Below, one piece after another: positions 51,031 through 64,000 of a DNA stretch of 64,000 nt; the first letter of the stretch is position 1; each line of letters starts with the position of its first letter. Source of the stretch: Podarcis vaucheri (taxonomy: Eukaryota); assembly GCA_965113315.1 (NCBI GenBank), contig OZ220379.1. One strand, written 5' to 3'. Under the pieces are notes generated by a model. That model saw only the letters and a list, made by a program, of their open reading frames with translations, was not told the origin of the DNA and made no database searches. A program made the translations under genes and the position numbers.

Positions 51031-52413
51031 TCAGGTAAAAATCATTCAGGCAGGAGCCAAAAACAACAGACAGGGAAGACAGGTGTTTCAATATTTTAAA
51101 GTGTCTAGATAAAAAGTGAAGCAGATACTGGAGCTTGGCACTTCACCAAACTATAACAAAACCTTTATTTAGATCGACTACTGATGACAAGTTGAGAGTC
51201 AGAACAAATCTTTTGCGGGGGTTCAGGCTGGGGGATTTTCTGTAGACCTCTCAGCCACCCAAGCTACGGGTTTGTCTTTGTAACTATCCACTTCTGCTCC
51301 TGCAACATCTTAAGGATAGAGTGCATCATACAAAACCTCTCTGTGGAAGTTTTACAAGGCTTATAACTTCTGGACGCCTGCTGATGCTATGAGCAGCAAC
51401 TTGGAAGGTTTCCAGAACCCCACTCTAAAGAGGCATGAAGGGGCTCAATGTGATGGTCAAGTTGCACACAATGCCTCTAACCCATTAACATAAGGTTGAA
51501 TATCATCAGCTGGTGGGTTTTTGACAGCATGCTCCTGGTAACCAATGCCTAGTTTGGCCCTTAATAGTCAAGACTCATTTCAGAAAGAGGAGTCCATACA
51601 TGATAAAGCTTAAACATAAAAGTGAGCATATGAAATAGCAGGGAGCCTTGGTGCTGCATTCATATAACACAGTAGTAAGCTGAGAAATGTTCTTGAGTGC
51701 TATTGGAAGTCTTCTCATTCCCTGCCCAAATTTGAGCATAATTCAGGTGTATGACATGGAAATATTATGTCTTATATATAGCCTATCTTTCTCTATTCTT
51801 TGCCTAAGGTATTAGAATAATAATGAAGGTGAACAGTACAAGTTAAAACTGAAAAGTTTTACATTTCTGCACTTTGGATGTTTGGGGGCTGCACCAAATT
51901 CCAACTATACATATGTGAAAGTGCTTCAACTGCTTTGGGAACAGATAAGGGACAAGTGTACCATTTTCTGATTTTTCTAGTAACCATGCTGTTTTAGATA
52001 ACTAAAATCCAGCTCAAGTTATGTTATCCCATAACTGATATCCCATAAGTGAGGCCTACATACCATATAAAGCATACCAAACATTTTGGCCTCCTGTGCC
52101 ACTTCCAAATTAAATTTGAAATGGCACCTATTTTAAGGGATCAGCATTAAGAATTATTTCCCCCCCCTTCCAAACACATTTGTTTTAAAACGTGCCTCTG
52201 TTCTTTTGTCGCTGAATGAAAGTTCACACACCACACAGGGAGAAGGAAGTGTAAAGCCACAACACAGCAGTGTTGTCTTATCAGCATGCAAAACTTAATT
52301 TTATCTTTTAGTTGCATGAATCTTAAGTGAAAACTGTTAAGAATTACTTAGCCAGAATCTTCAACGACAATTATGGAAGACTAGGAACAGAAACAAATAA
52401 GTTGGTACTGTAC

Positions 52414-52436
52414 CTATCCTTGATCTGTCTGGCAGC
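52414..52436 (-). CDS. FSD1L: FSD1L 23-nt microexon (AARQIKD-R)
   Basis: AAG|GCTGCCAGACAGATCAAGGATAG|GTACAG; needed to bridge phase 0 to phase 2 between the flanking exons; matches the AARQIKDR I recall from FSD1L. Confidence 0.9.
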
Positions 52437-55294
52437 CTTGAGGTGCATCAGGAAGAAGAGAGAGAAGGTAATTAATAGTTTCATGCAAGTTTCATCTGCA
52501 GTAACATGCAAGAAAGAGTTAGAGTTATCAATCTCACAGATGTCCAGCTTGGTTTCAAAACCAACTCAGAATTTTACCACTGAAGACCTGCCTCATAAGC
52601 CATTGTTAATACAAAGTTATTAGAAATTCAGCAACAAGCAAAAAAAAAAAAAAGGAATTTCAACAAGCCACACTAAACTAATTCCGTATGACACTGTCAT
52701 CAAATCTCTGTGCTCTATTTTTAATGTGATCGGGCCAAGTGACATTTGAGTGTTTTGTTGGGCATGTCAGCAATTAGGTAGTGAGTAAGTGTTAGATTTG
52801 TGCCAGAGTTGAACCAAATTCAGGGAGTTTTATCATTCAGCTGGCCCTAGGCAACAAAATGTTGTTATCGGTGGCAAGAAATACTGGAATGCACCCCAAA
52901 TTCTTACACTCTAGTGAAAATGCTCAGGCCTGGCTAGTTAGGGTTTCTTGTCTGGCCCACAGATAATTAATGTTTCAAAATAGTATAACAAGTAAGTGAC
53001 ACAACATAGAATCTGAATTAAGAAACTAAAACATCAGCTTCATATACATTTAAAAGTTGTTTGCTATTACAACTATCACAAATACAGTAGAAATTAGGAC
53101 ATTGCCATCTCTGTTTGCCAACAAAAATTAAAGAGTTTTAAATTTTGATCTGTGGTCCCTTTCATGGCACGGGGGGGGGGTACTTTGCAAACATTTTTAT
53201 CTTCATTCCTTATGTACTGAACACAGGAAAAGACTATGTATTAAGATTTTATATCTTATCACCACAAACAAGTGTCTTAGGTGATAAGATGACCAGTCAG
53301 AACAAAACAGAAAATAAAACATCCTCACCTGCTGTCTGAGATACTGTGAACCACAACAACCTGCCCAAGATCACGAACTTCAAATTAGGGAGGCTGTTGC
53401 TTCCTGCATCTCAAACTCAATGCTATCTGCACCATGAATGAAAATGCTTCCACAACGTTTTCCTCTCCTATCTCCAACCAGACCATCTTAAAATGCAAGT
53501 TACAAAACCAGAAGCAGATATTCTAAGTAAAGTCCCCCTGCAACCACCCAGAATGGTTGCTTAAGTTGCTTATTGCATAAATAATTAAAAGTTGTTAGAT
53601 CAAAGTAGAGATTACTATAATGAATTTAGCTGGAAGGGAATGCAGTCTTCTGCAACAAGCATTGTGTGTCTGCTACCTCAGCAGTTATACGTAGTGCAGC
53701 ATCTTTCATGGCAAATTTATTCACCATTTACTTTGATAGTCACAAGGTAAGGCTGGAGAGCAGCAATTATACATGACCATTGAAAGGTATATAAAGTCCG
53801 CTTTCATGATAAGTCTTTACTCTGACCACAAAAGCAACAGCAATCCTTTTCTCCCTGAGCTACCCTATCCCTCAATTCAACCCAGGTCATTTTCAGAATT
53901 GCTTCAGAAAATCTCAGTATGAAATGGCTACCCTGAGAATTATTTGAGAGCCAAATTAACCTTGTTACAGCAGGCAAGTATAATTTGGTCATGGTCCACA
54001 AATAACTTGCTAGTACAGAAAAGGCTGAAAAGCAACTTTTCAAACATGCAGACATGTATTTAAACAGTTTACAAATCCAAGCTATTTTGTATCTATGGCT
54101 GTTTGGCAGGCACAAAAACATAGGGCAAAAAAATCCAATAATTAGGATTTGTTGTCGGGCATAGCAAGGTGGAAACAATCCAAGAACTGAGAAAAAGGAA
54201 CCTAGATGAAGTCCAGGGGAAACAGTGTAACAAATGGAAAGGAACTGTGATGAAACAGTGTAGCATCAGTTAACCCTAGTCAAAAACTAGGATAGGCATT
54301 AATGGTGAACAAACAGAACCTGAGGAGCAAGTTTTATAATTCTGTTTTTGCCTTGGGTTTAATTTCCAGGGAAATAACGCAAACAACTTCAGATGAGCTT
54401 GTTAAAAGTATAAAAACAAAGTTCAAATGCAGCCCTTCAACACAAAGAGCAGAACAAATTCAGATTTTGATGGATCATTTGGAATTCTTTCATATTATCA
54501 GTTTAAGCATTGCCTGCCCTTGATTGGATCATTCAGCTTCCTTTCCAACCAATATACAAGGAACATGGTTCGGAGTCAATGTAGCATTGCTAATGCACAT
54601 CAGCTGGAGGCATGATGCACTGACTGGCAAAGCCAACGTAATAAATCTATTTAACACACAGAGGCAACTTAATGCATTGCCAAGTTTGTGTTTCTAAAAG
54701 TAGATTATTTTGCCTACTATATTCCCATTTAGCAGTTAGTCAATCATTTTATTAGCTGGATCTACAGAAATGCCAGAAGGGGCCCTCTCCCTAAGGTCAG
54801 AAGATTCTGCTGTTTTGAGAACCATCAAAAATATCAGGCAGAGACACTTTCCAAGAGTGGAGAACGCAGTCACAGAGGGTGGCTCTGCCTAATTTGGGGG
54901 ATTCCTCCTCCCTCCATTCATGAAGGTTCCCTGATCCTGGGAGGGTAGGCAGAGGGTTGCTGGGAAGGGATGTGGCAAAAAAGTCATTCCCTTCTACCAG
55001 TGTTTCTCTGGATCCAACCCTATAGCAGAGACAAGACTGATGACCTAATATTGACCCCAACATGCTTGCTGTGTATAAATTTTCAATCAAGTATGTGAAC
55101 GGACATAATTCTCTGCAGGTACCTAATAAAATTATGCAAGCATTATGTCATCTTAATTTTCCTCTTAATTTTTTTTAGCAACTAAGCACTCTTAAAACTC
55201 TCTGAACTATAATAGCACAGACCAATTCAGTTTCCATCGGTATTAGCCTATGGACAGTATAAACAGTTCCACAAGCAAAGCACTTTTGGCTGTA

Positions 55295-55530
55295 CAGTTG
55301 TACCTCCGTCTGAGAACAGTCCTGTTAACAAACGATTCAGGCAACACACTCTACAAAACCAGAAGTACGTGTTCCAGCTAGCGAACTTTGTCCCAGAAGA
55401 TGAACGGAAGCTGACTGGTGGAAGGGCACCGGTGGCAGGAAGTCTCATTGGGGAAAGTGCACCTCAGTTTAAGAACGTTTTTGGTGTACGAACGGACTTC
55501 CAGAACAGTTTGTAAAAGAAGGTACCACTG
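55295..55530. mobile_element. Tigger-like MITE
   Basis: TA|CAGTTGTACCTC...AAGGTACCACTG|TA. Confidence 0.8.
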
Positions 55531-55825
55531 TACAATATAACTTCTCCTCCTGCTCCTCAAACACACCCTATAGTTCTCATTTCATTCATGAAAACTACTA
55601 CCTACTGATTACAAAACCAGTAATCGGAATAGTACTATTATCCTGGGGTAGTCTGAATACATGTACTTGAAATGCTCAGAAGGTAACGATCACTCCAGAG
55701 ATTCTAATCAGCTCCACAATAAGTCCTCCACAATGTTTACTACACAATCTATAAGTGGTTGCAGGCAAATGGCATGCAATTAAACAGCATCTCTCCTTTT
55801 CTTCTTCATGTCAGGCACACTTTTA

Positions 55826-55930
<105 letters not shown>

Positions 55931-58342
55931 CTAGGAAAATAACAGAAAGCTGTTCAGTAAGCCAGTCCATAGCATGAGTTATTAAGAGAACACAGGGGTA
56001 TCTTCTCTCCACCCCCCCCCCAAAAAAAATTCCAGATGCCCATTACTGGCAAATGGATGAGGCCCTTATGGAACACATGCTAAAGAAGGTCTCAAGTTCA
56101 ATCCTTGGCGTATTTAGCGTAGAGTGTAAACAAAAAGGTATTAGCATGAAACACAATAAAAAAAACGAACATGCAGTAATGGGGAAAAACACCTTTCTGG
56201 CAGAGGAAAATAAGACAGAGTTCTCTCTGTGGGACTCAGCCCCCTCAGGCCTCTGCAATCAGTTGTACATCCACCCAGGTTTATTCCCCACCCCCCATAA
56301 ACATATGAACATAAAAAGACACTCCCGGCTGAGTACTATGTACTTTGGCACGCCAAGTTCAAGGTAACACAGCTATTTATCTTAGCCTATGAAGAGTGAG
56401 GCTCAATAAAAGGTGTGATCTACTCCAGGAAGTGCACCAAGTGTAGGCTGGAGAAGTGGCTCTTAATTCTGAAGAAGTGTGTTCTAGAATGCCTGTTCTT
56501 GAGTTTGCACAGTTTTAGACCCCAGCGTCTTTACTCCCTTACGTGGTACTGGATACGCGACTATAAGGTTCAGGGGGTGTCATTGGCTATTAGGTGACAG
56601 TATAGTCATACAATATTAAGGTTCCATGTCATGTTGCTCAATACAACAGTACAGTGTTGACAAACAAGGTTTCCAACTACCTGAAAGTCTTGGCAATTCA
56701 CGAAGCAGAGTTCTTTTTCCTTGCATGGTGAGATTACCAGACATTTTACTACCTAACCCAGGGTGGCCCAACTCATGGCCCACGAGGACTTTTTTGGTGC
56801 CCTCGGCAACATTCAAGAGCCAGATTTCTGTTCTTATCCTGAAGCAAAGTTCTTAACCTGAAGCACTATTTCTAGGTTAGCCGAGTCTGTAACCTGAAGC
56901 GTCTGTAACCTGAAGCGTATGTAACCCGAGGTACCACTGTATTGTTTTACATACACAGTGAAGCTGTAGACATGAGGAGCAAGAGCAGCACAAATTAATC
57001 TCACATTTACTAATTCCATACTGTACTTCCATCTGCTGGCCATACTTGAACTTCCAGCCCTGTGTCCATAAATCTCTGCATCCATTCAAAAATAAGTTGG
57101 AGACATTAGGGAAACCTCCTTTCCTCACTTTCTGCCCAGCCTATATATTAGAGCAATGCTGCTCCCTGTAGAAAACTGAAGAGTGTGCTTTCTGGACAGC
57201 CTTGTTTAACCACTATTGCAGGGGAAAAAAACTGGACTCCAATATGCTTTTTCCAAAAAGTTCTAAGCAGTTTTTTGTTTTCTGCCTTTTGTGGTTTGTC
57301 ACATATTTTATTGAAACATGGGAAATGAATATTTTAGTAAGACAAATAAAAATAGTTAAGGAAATCTAGGCAACTAAGCATCTGAATCAATTTGCTCCAA
57401 AAATTAAACATTACACGGAGCAGATTGAAGATAACTACCTCCCTGGATAGGTTACATGTGTAAAACTCAACTCAAAGAACAGAACTGGATGCAATCAATT
57501 TAAGTCTCACATCAAACTCTTAAAGCATAAGTGCTAATCAGAAGTCTGGAAACAGCAACTGCTTTTCATATATGAAAACTGAACTGTGCAAGCTATCCAA
57601 GCCCACTGGCTTCTATTTCATTTAATTAATGTGCTGACAAAGCACGTTTGGTACAGAGAAAGGCTTTATACAATCTAATATTGGCAACTTAGTGTTGTTG
57701 GCTGCTTTGGTTACTGCTGTATTTTCCTTCAAGGATAATGCAGCATCAGCCAAAATAATTTGATTGAGATGTTAAAAATATGTGTATAAACCATGTACAT
57801 TCAAACAGAAAACATTCTGCACACTATGCCTATTAGCTAGCATTTTCCTTCATTTTTTAAGTCTGCCACAAGGCTTGAATTCAGAGTCCTGTATTGTAGC
57901 CCAGCAACTAAAGAAACAAGAGTTACACATTCCTGCTGCCTACATGTAGCTGACAAGTCTTTCATACAAGGCACACAGGGCCAAACCTGAATGTCAATTT
58001 TTAAGTTTGCTCTCTGCGCTTGTTGGTAGAAATAAAAACTCCAGGAGTCTAACAGGAAGAGGCATGCACCAAGGCACGTGAAGTGATCCAGGAATTCCAA
58101 AGAACTGAGAGGCATTGTGTTGTCATTTGCATGTCAACATTCAAAATGCAGCCTACTTTTACAGAAGTACCACGGAGAAGGTTGGGACAAGTGCAAAGCG
58201 AGTGAAATGTTTGCAGAAGCTTACAGAATTTAAAGTGTTTTAGAAAGCAAACTTGTGCTGCGTGCAAAGCTAATTAAGTGACAGTCTACTAATTTAATTA
58301 GCCCACATTTCCCTATCCTGACAGAGCTTGAGAGTTCTACTA

Positions 58343-58516
<174 letters not shown>

Positions 58517-58877
58517 TTATGAGTTGTGCTGTCAAGATTTCGTCACAAACTATAAAATGTAATAAGCATCATAGAACTTTGTTCTTATCACAGTAGCATA
58601 TTTCCATTTCCTTGATATAATAAAAAAAAATTAAGGATACTGCAGATCAATATCAATACATATAGTAATATGCATAGGCTTGCCCTTTTTCTTTAGTCAT
58701 CCTGGCCCAAAGAAATCACTATCACACTTGGGTCCCCGGCTGTTGTTGAACTACAACACCCATCATCCCTAGCTAGCAGGACCAGTGGTTAGGGATGATG
58801 GGAGTTGTAGTCCAACGACAGCTGGGAACCCACTTGACTTAGCAGTATTATTGAATTAATTTATTTTGACACATTTT

Positions 58878-58955
<78 letters not shown>

Positions 58956-59514
58956 AGTAAGAGGCATTTAAATTTAATTTAAAATTTTCTAAACTGCTTG
59001 ATATAAAAGGAAAATCTTGGTGCTTGCTCCAATAATACAAATGCCTCATTTACACATGTAGCGCATTTGTATCCTCTTGCCCTTCTTCAAGGGGCTTTGG
59101 GAAGTGTGCATGGGGGTTATCCTCAGATATAACCACAGAACTGTAGAGTTGGAAGGGACACTCAATGGTCATCAAGTCCAACCCCTGCAATGCAGGAACC
59201 TTTTTGCCCAAGGTGGGACTTGAACCCATGGCCCTGAGACTAAGATTCTTGTGCTCTACCAACTGAGCAAGGCTGGGGAAAGATTTGAAGCCACTTCTCC
59301 CCAGTTTAAGAGCAACGCAACAACCAACACAGAAAAAAAGACTTTAATGTGAGGCGTGCTGACAGTGCAGCTCACTGGCTTCAAAGAATGAGGATGTGTA
59401 CCCATGAATAAACTCACATGACTTGCACAGCCATTATCTAGGTTTGGCCCTTGGCCTATATGGTTTGCAATTGCAGTATTAAAGAAAACGACACTGTTTA
59501 GAGAAGCCCTTTCA

Positions 59515-59640
<126 letters not shown>

Positions 59641-60250
59641 CTAGAATTAGAAGAGTAAATTTAATTAATATATGCAAGGTCATATTACTTTGGTGTATAT
59701 ACCATTCTTGCTTCTGTACTGTGCTTTTGCACTGTACAAGCTTGTAACTGAAATAATTTCATTTGGTTACATTTATTGTTTGCAATGTTTAATAATAATA
59801 ATAATAATAATGGCAAAAACTTCGACGCAGCAACACTGGTGAGGTCAGACAGACTTGCATGTTTAATAGCAAGTGGCTTAATAGCTACCATAGTCAGGTG
59901 TAATTGGAACAAAAACTATTCAGAGTTATTGACTTGTTTGTTTTTTGCAAATGATTCAGTCAAGACCTTTTTTAATTTAAAAGCATTGATAAACTGCTTA
60001 ATATTTTAAAAATCTCTAAGCACCGTAGAACAAAAAAATTGTATTATTAGAACAAATGTGGCACATAACTAGTAATATAAAGGCATATAAACACAAAAGC
60101 AAGAAGTCAGTGAATTCAGGCAAAGAAAGACAGGGACCAATATTAAGCATCAGGGAAAGCCTGGAGCAACCCGATGTGCTTTTACAAGACTTCTGAAGCA
60201 ACCGACAGTTGTTGCTGCATGTATGTTGGAGACAAGGGAATTCCACAATA

Positions 60251-60492
60251 CAGTGGTACCTCGGGTTACATACGCTTCAGGTTACATACACTTCAGGTTA
60301 CAGACTCTGCTAACCCAGAAATAGTACCTCGGGTTAAGAACTTTGCTTCAGGATGAGAACAGAAATTGTGCTCCGGCGGCGCAGCAGCAGCAGGAGGCCC
60401 CATTAGCTAAAGTAGTGCTTCAGGTTAAGAACAGTTTCAGGTTAAGAACAGACCTCCGGAATGAATTAAGTACTTAACCCAAGGTACCACTG
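60251..60492. mobile_element. Tigger-like MITE family A (opposite orientation)
   Basis: TA|CAGTGGTACCTC...AAGGTACCACTG|TA. Confidence 0.92.
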
Positions 60493-63400
60493 TACAGTGG
60501 CAACTGTGGAAGATGGCCATTTTGGGGTCAGTGGCATATTATATCCTACAGGGTGCAGAACCAGTAGCAGAATTTCCCCAGGTGATCTAAGTGATATTAC
60601 AGGTCTATACACCTCTTAGGTTAAGCCTTAGATCCTATAAGCATAGCTGTCAGTTTGTGCAAGTCAGAACACGCTCATCTGTTCTTATTTGGATTTATTA
60701 GAACCCATTTAGTCTTACAACATAGAAATAGTTTTATGTCCATATACAGAGAAGCAATAGCTAATTTGAGGGCAAAGATTTCTATTTGAAAGGTGCCAAG
60801 ACAGTTCATTGCACAGTCAACTCCTAAAATACAAACATACCATGTTGTGTTATTTTCACTTACCAACTGTCTCACCCTAAACAAGGTTTGAGAATGAAGC
60901 TTAAATTAGAAGATGAACTTCATCAAATAAAAGTAGACAATGAAGAACAACTTTTAAATTTCAATGCTGGTTTACTGTGAAAAACAGATGGAAATCCTAC
61001 AAATAAGTGCTACTTAAGCAGCAAGTGTGGTAATCTGTCATTTTCATACATGTAGTAAAACAATTTTTTATAACAAAATGTACAGCATTATAAGCATATA
61101 GTTCTTATTCTCTTAAATAGATCCAGCAATATTTTACTAGCTAGATTAGCACTGAAGTTATGTGTTCTAAATACAAGAAGCCATAAGTTAAGAGTGTCCA
61201 GTTCCCTCTTGACAGTTTGAGAAGAAAGCGATTACCTCTGGATGTATCTACTACTACTCATGCATTATGCTAGTAAGAGAACCAAGAAATTCATTTGAAA
61301 AACCAGACATCAACCTCTGTACATGGGACCAGTCTAGGTTCTAATTCTAATTATTCATACTAAATATTAACCAAGGCTTAAAATTAATCCATATATTCAT
61401 GATCACTTCCAGAACAAAAAACTAGAGTTGTAGCCAATTTTGACATTAACTGGAATACAGAAACAACTAATACTTTTACAGTATAGAAAGTCATGCAGCT
61501 AGTATCAGACAGCAACTCACTTGATGTAACTATGCTTTTACCTGGGCAATTCCCAAGTTACATCCTCTTCCGGGGGTCTGATGGTAGCATATTTCTTCCT
61601 CTAGATGCACACATTTAACCTTGCTCAACTTGCTTTATACTGAATTATTAATAGGAGTTTCTTCTGTTGCCTAGCGCACTGTCCTACTTTATCAGGTCAG
61701 TATATTCACATATAAACATGAGATTTAAAAAGATTTTGTAGGATTATATATGCAATGGTCTCCTTCACTGTGCAACTCAACTCTCACAAAATCTACCCCA
61801 CACAGCTATATATAGTTATTTGTCTCATAAAGCCTCTGGGTCAAAGGGAATCAGGATAGACATTTAATGTACTGTGTGTTTCCGAGACTATCATACAAAT
61901 AGTTCATTCCTTTCTAAATTACAGTTTGATGATGTATCAAATATAAATGGATTAGCAAATGAGTATTTTTCTTTATCCCAAAGTATCGGGCTCTCTTCCA
62001 CCTCTTGATCTAAGACAATAACCATAAATTCTGCGCTCTCTGTGCATATTGCACTCTTTGTTGGCCAAACACAGTAACAGCTAGGAAACATGTTTTATTT
62101 AAATACATAATCACTACAAGATCTACTATGATGTGTGGTTAAGTAGGAAGGAAACGGCATCCTATACAGAGCCTAGCAGCACAGGAATCTTAACCTTTTT
62201 CTATGACTTTAAAAGGATATTGCCACTTTGAGATGTAGCGTTTTCTCCTGTGTACAAGGTAGAGTAGCCAACCCCACAAGTACTCTACTGGATGCACAAT
62301 CATGATCAGTCAAGAGAAAAAAATTAAGCCAGTGCTGTATAGTTGAGCAAGTATTAGGAAGAATCCAGTATTAGAGGTTTCAGGTGAACTGTCTAAATAT
62401 TCATTTGGTAGGTTATGAAGTGATTCACCTATATTCCCCAGCCTATGATGTCAGATGGTTGAAGGCAACATAAGCAGATTCATTTACCAGAAAGGTTATT
62501 GACATATCTAACTGCTCTTTCCCCTACTTCCCCCTTTCCTTCTTGAAGAGGCAGAGTAAAGCATCTTGGAACTGAATGGTTCAGAACTGAACAAAATTAG
62601 ACAATTAGATGTTTCAGGAGTCATCCCCCCGCCAATCCAGTCTACATCCACTTACTCTTTCCAACGAACTTCAAGCAGCATATATTAAGTTCTTAATACA
62701 AAGCAAATCCCTGTAGTACAAATAGAATGCAAATAAATTTAGAGTAGTTGTTCATACTACAGAGCAAACCGATGTGGGAATAGAGAGGATGTCAAGCACC
62801 CATTTTTCCAGCCACCAAAATTCACTTTAACATTTGAAAATTCTTACCCTCCTCTTCAGCTAAAAGGCTCCCAGAGTGGCTTAGATAGATCAATTGCAAG
62901 ACAATACGTATTTACTTATGTGCTTTAAAACACTGCTTAAATAATCTGCACAAAACACTAGTAACCCTTTGGTGTGTCCTTTCACCGGAAGTCTATATAG
63001 CCCCGCTTTGCTGACCTTTTAAGGATATTCATTCTGGTCTGCCTTTGGTTAATGTTAGTTCACCCTGTATGCTTTTACCTGAGGCTGTATCTGCTGCTAT
63101 TCCAATATAACTATTTGTTGTTTTAATGTTTCATGTATTGAATTTTTACTGTTTTTAAGGTCTGTTTTGTATTTTAAAGTGTGCTGTGATTTCCTTTGTG
63201 AGGACTTTTACCCTAAAAAGTAAACTAAATTTCTATTCAATAAAGAGACAGCCAGCTGTTTCGAGTACAGATGTCCTACTTGGGATTCACTTACCCCCAA
63301 ATAAGAATGTTATCCTCATTATACGCTGTATGTTTGAGAAGATTTATCTGTAATGAGGTTACAGCCAATTTTCAGTGCAAACCCAACATTCTGGGTTTAA

Positions 63401-63625
63401 GTTTACAATACCTTGTTAACCCACAGATTTCAAGTCACGCATCCAAATATGAATGTTTTGGTTTCACAGCCTCAATACAGCTACAGTCTGCATTTCTTGC
63501 CAATGGTTTAAATGAAATGCAAGGTGAATGGCTCTTACTGTAGGACAGAACATATGACTGGAATGCTTGGGAAATTAGAGAAAGTCCTATTTAATATTAA
63601 AAAGTGTTTAATAAGTACTTTAAGG

Positions 63626-63760
63626 CAGGGGTTGTCAATACCGGCCCCTGCAAATGTTTTGGAATACAACTAATCAGACTCAGTCAACACATCTGATGAT
63701 CAGGAATGATGGGAGTTGTAGTTCAACAACATCTAGAGGGCAACACATTAGCTACTTCTG
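63626..63760. mobile_element. Palindromic hAT-type MITE
   Basis: 8-bp TSD CTTTAAGG. Confidence 0.85.
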
Positions 63761-64000
63761 CTTTAAGGTCATAAATTAATTCATGCGAGAAGTGAAATTA
63801 GAACCAGTACTTCCTATCTCGTGGCTCATTTTCTTACCCAGTATATTAAAATAACAGGTCAAATTACAGTTCAGTCCTATGCATGCCAACTCAGAATTCT
63901 GTTCCACTGAGTTTACTTCCAGGTAGTGAGTACAGGATTGCAGCCATACGTGAAATATTTGTATGCTGCTTTAAAAAAAAAAACCACAAATTAAACTGAC

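Noticed and set aside
63295-63347. Possible extra FSD1L exon (CAG|...|GTAAGT)
   Set aside because: 53 nt, frame-shifting, poor polypyrimidine tract, no similarity to FSD1L sequence I know; unsupported without RNA data.

Overview
Vertebrate genomic DNA. The repeat content (Sauria SINEs, BovB, L2, CR1, Tigger-like and hAT MITEs) points to a squamate, most likely a lacertid lizard. Two multi-exon genes lie in tandem on the minus strand. FSD1L (59640->38532) is 5'-incomplete and has 12 core coding exons, including a 23-nt microexon, plus a candidate 33-nt cassette exon. FKTN (fukutin; 31141->21563) is complete: 9 coding exons, 1386 nt, 461 aa, all introns GT-AG, transcribed from a CpG-island promoter at about 32.6-33.4 kb. 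Bases 1-19,000 contain no protein-coding gene I can support. They carry many TEs and several motif-dense unique islands that, by the known FSD1L-FKTN-TAL2 gene order, are plausible TAL2 enhancers; TAL2 itself is not visible. Best leads: (1) an 18-aa FKTN uORF whose stop overlaps the main start (TAATG); (2) tandem CTG-N8-WGATAA (TAL/GATA) composite sites and a cluster of GATAATCC and octamer motifs towards the expected TAL2 position; (3) a frame-shifting FSD1L microexon with neural splicing motifs; (4) an LTR-like insert in the probable FKTN 3'UTR. I see no prokaryote-type system (CRISPR, operon) and no novel protein-coding gene. Comparisons with human sequences are from memory and need checking by alignment.
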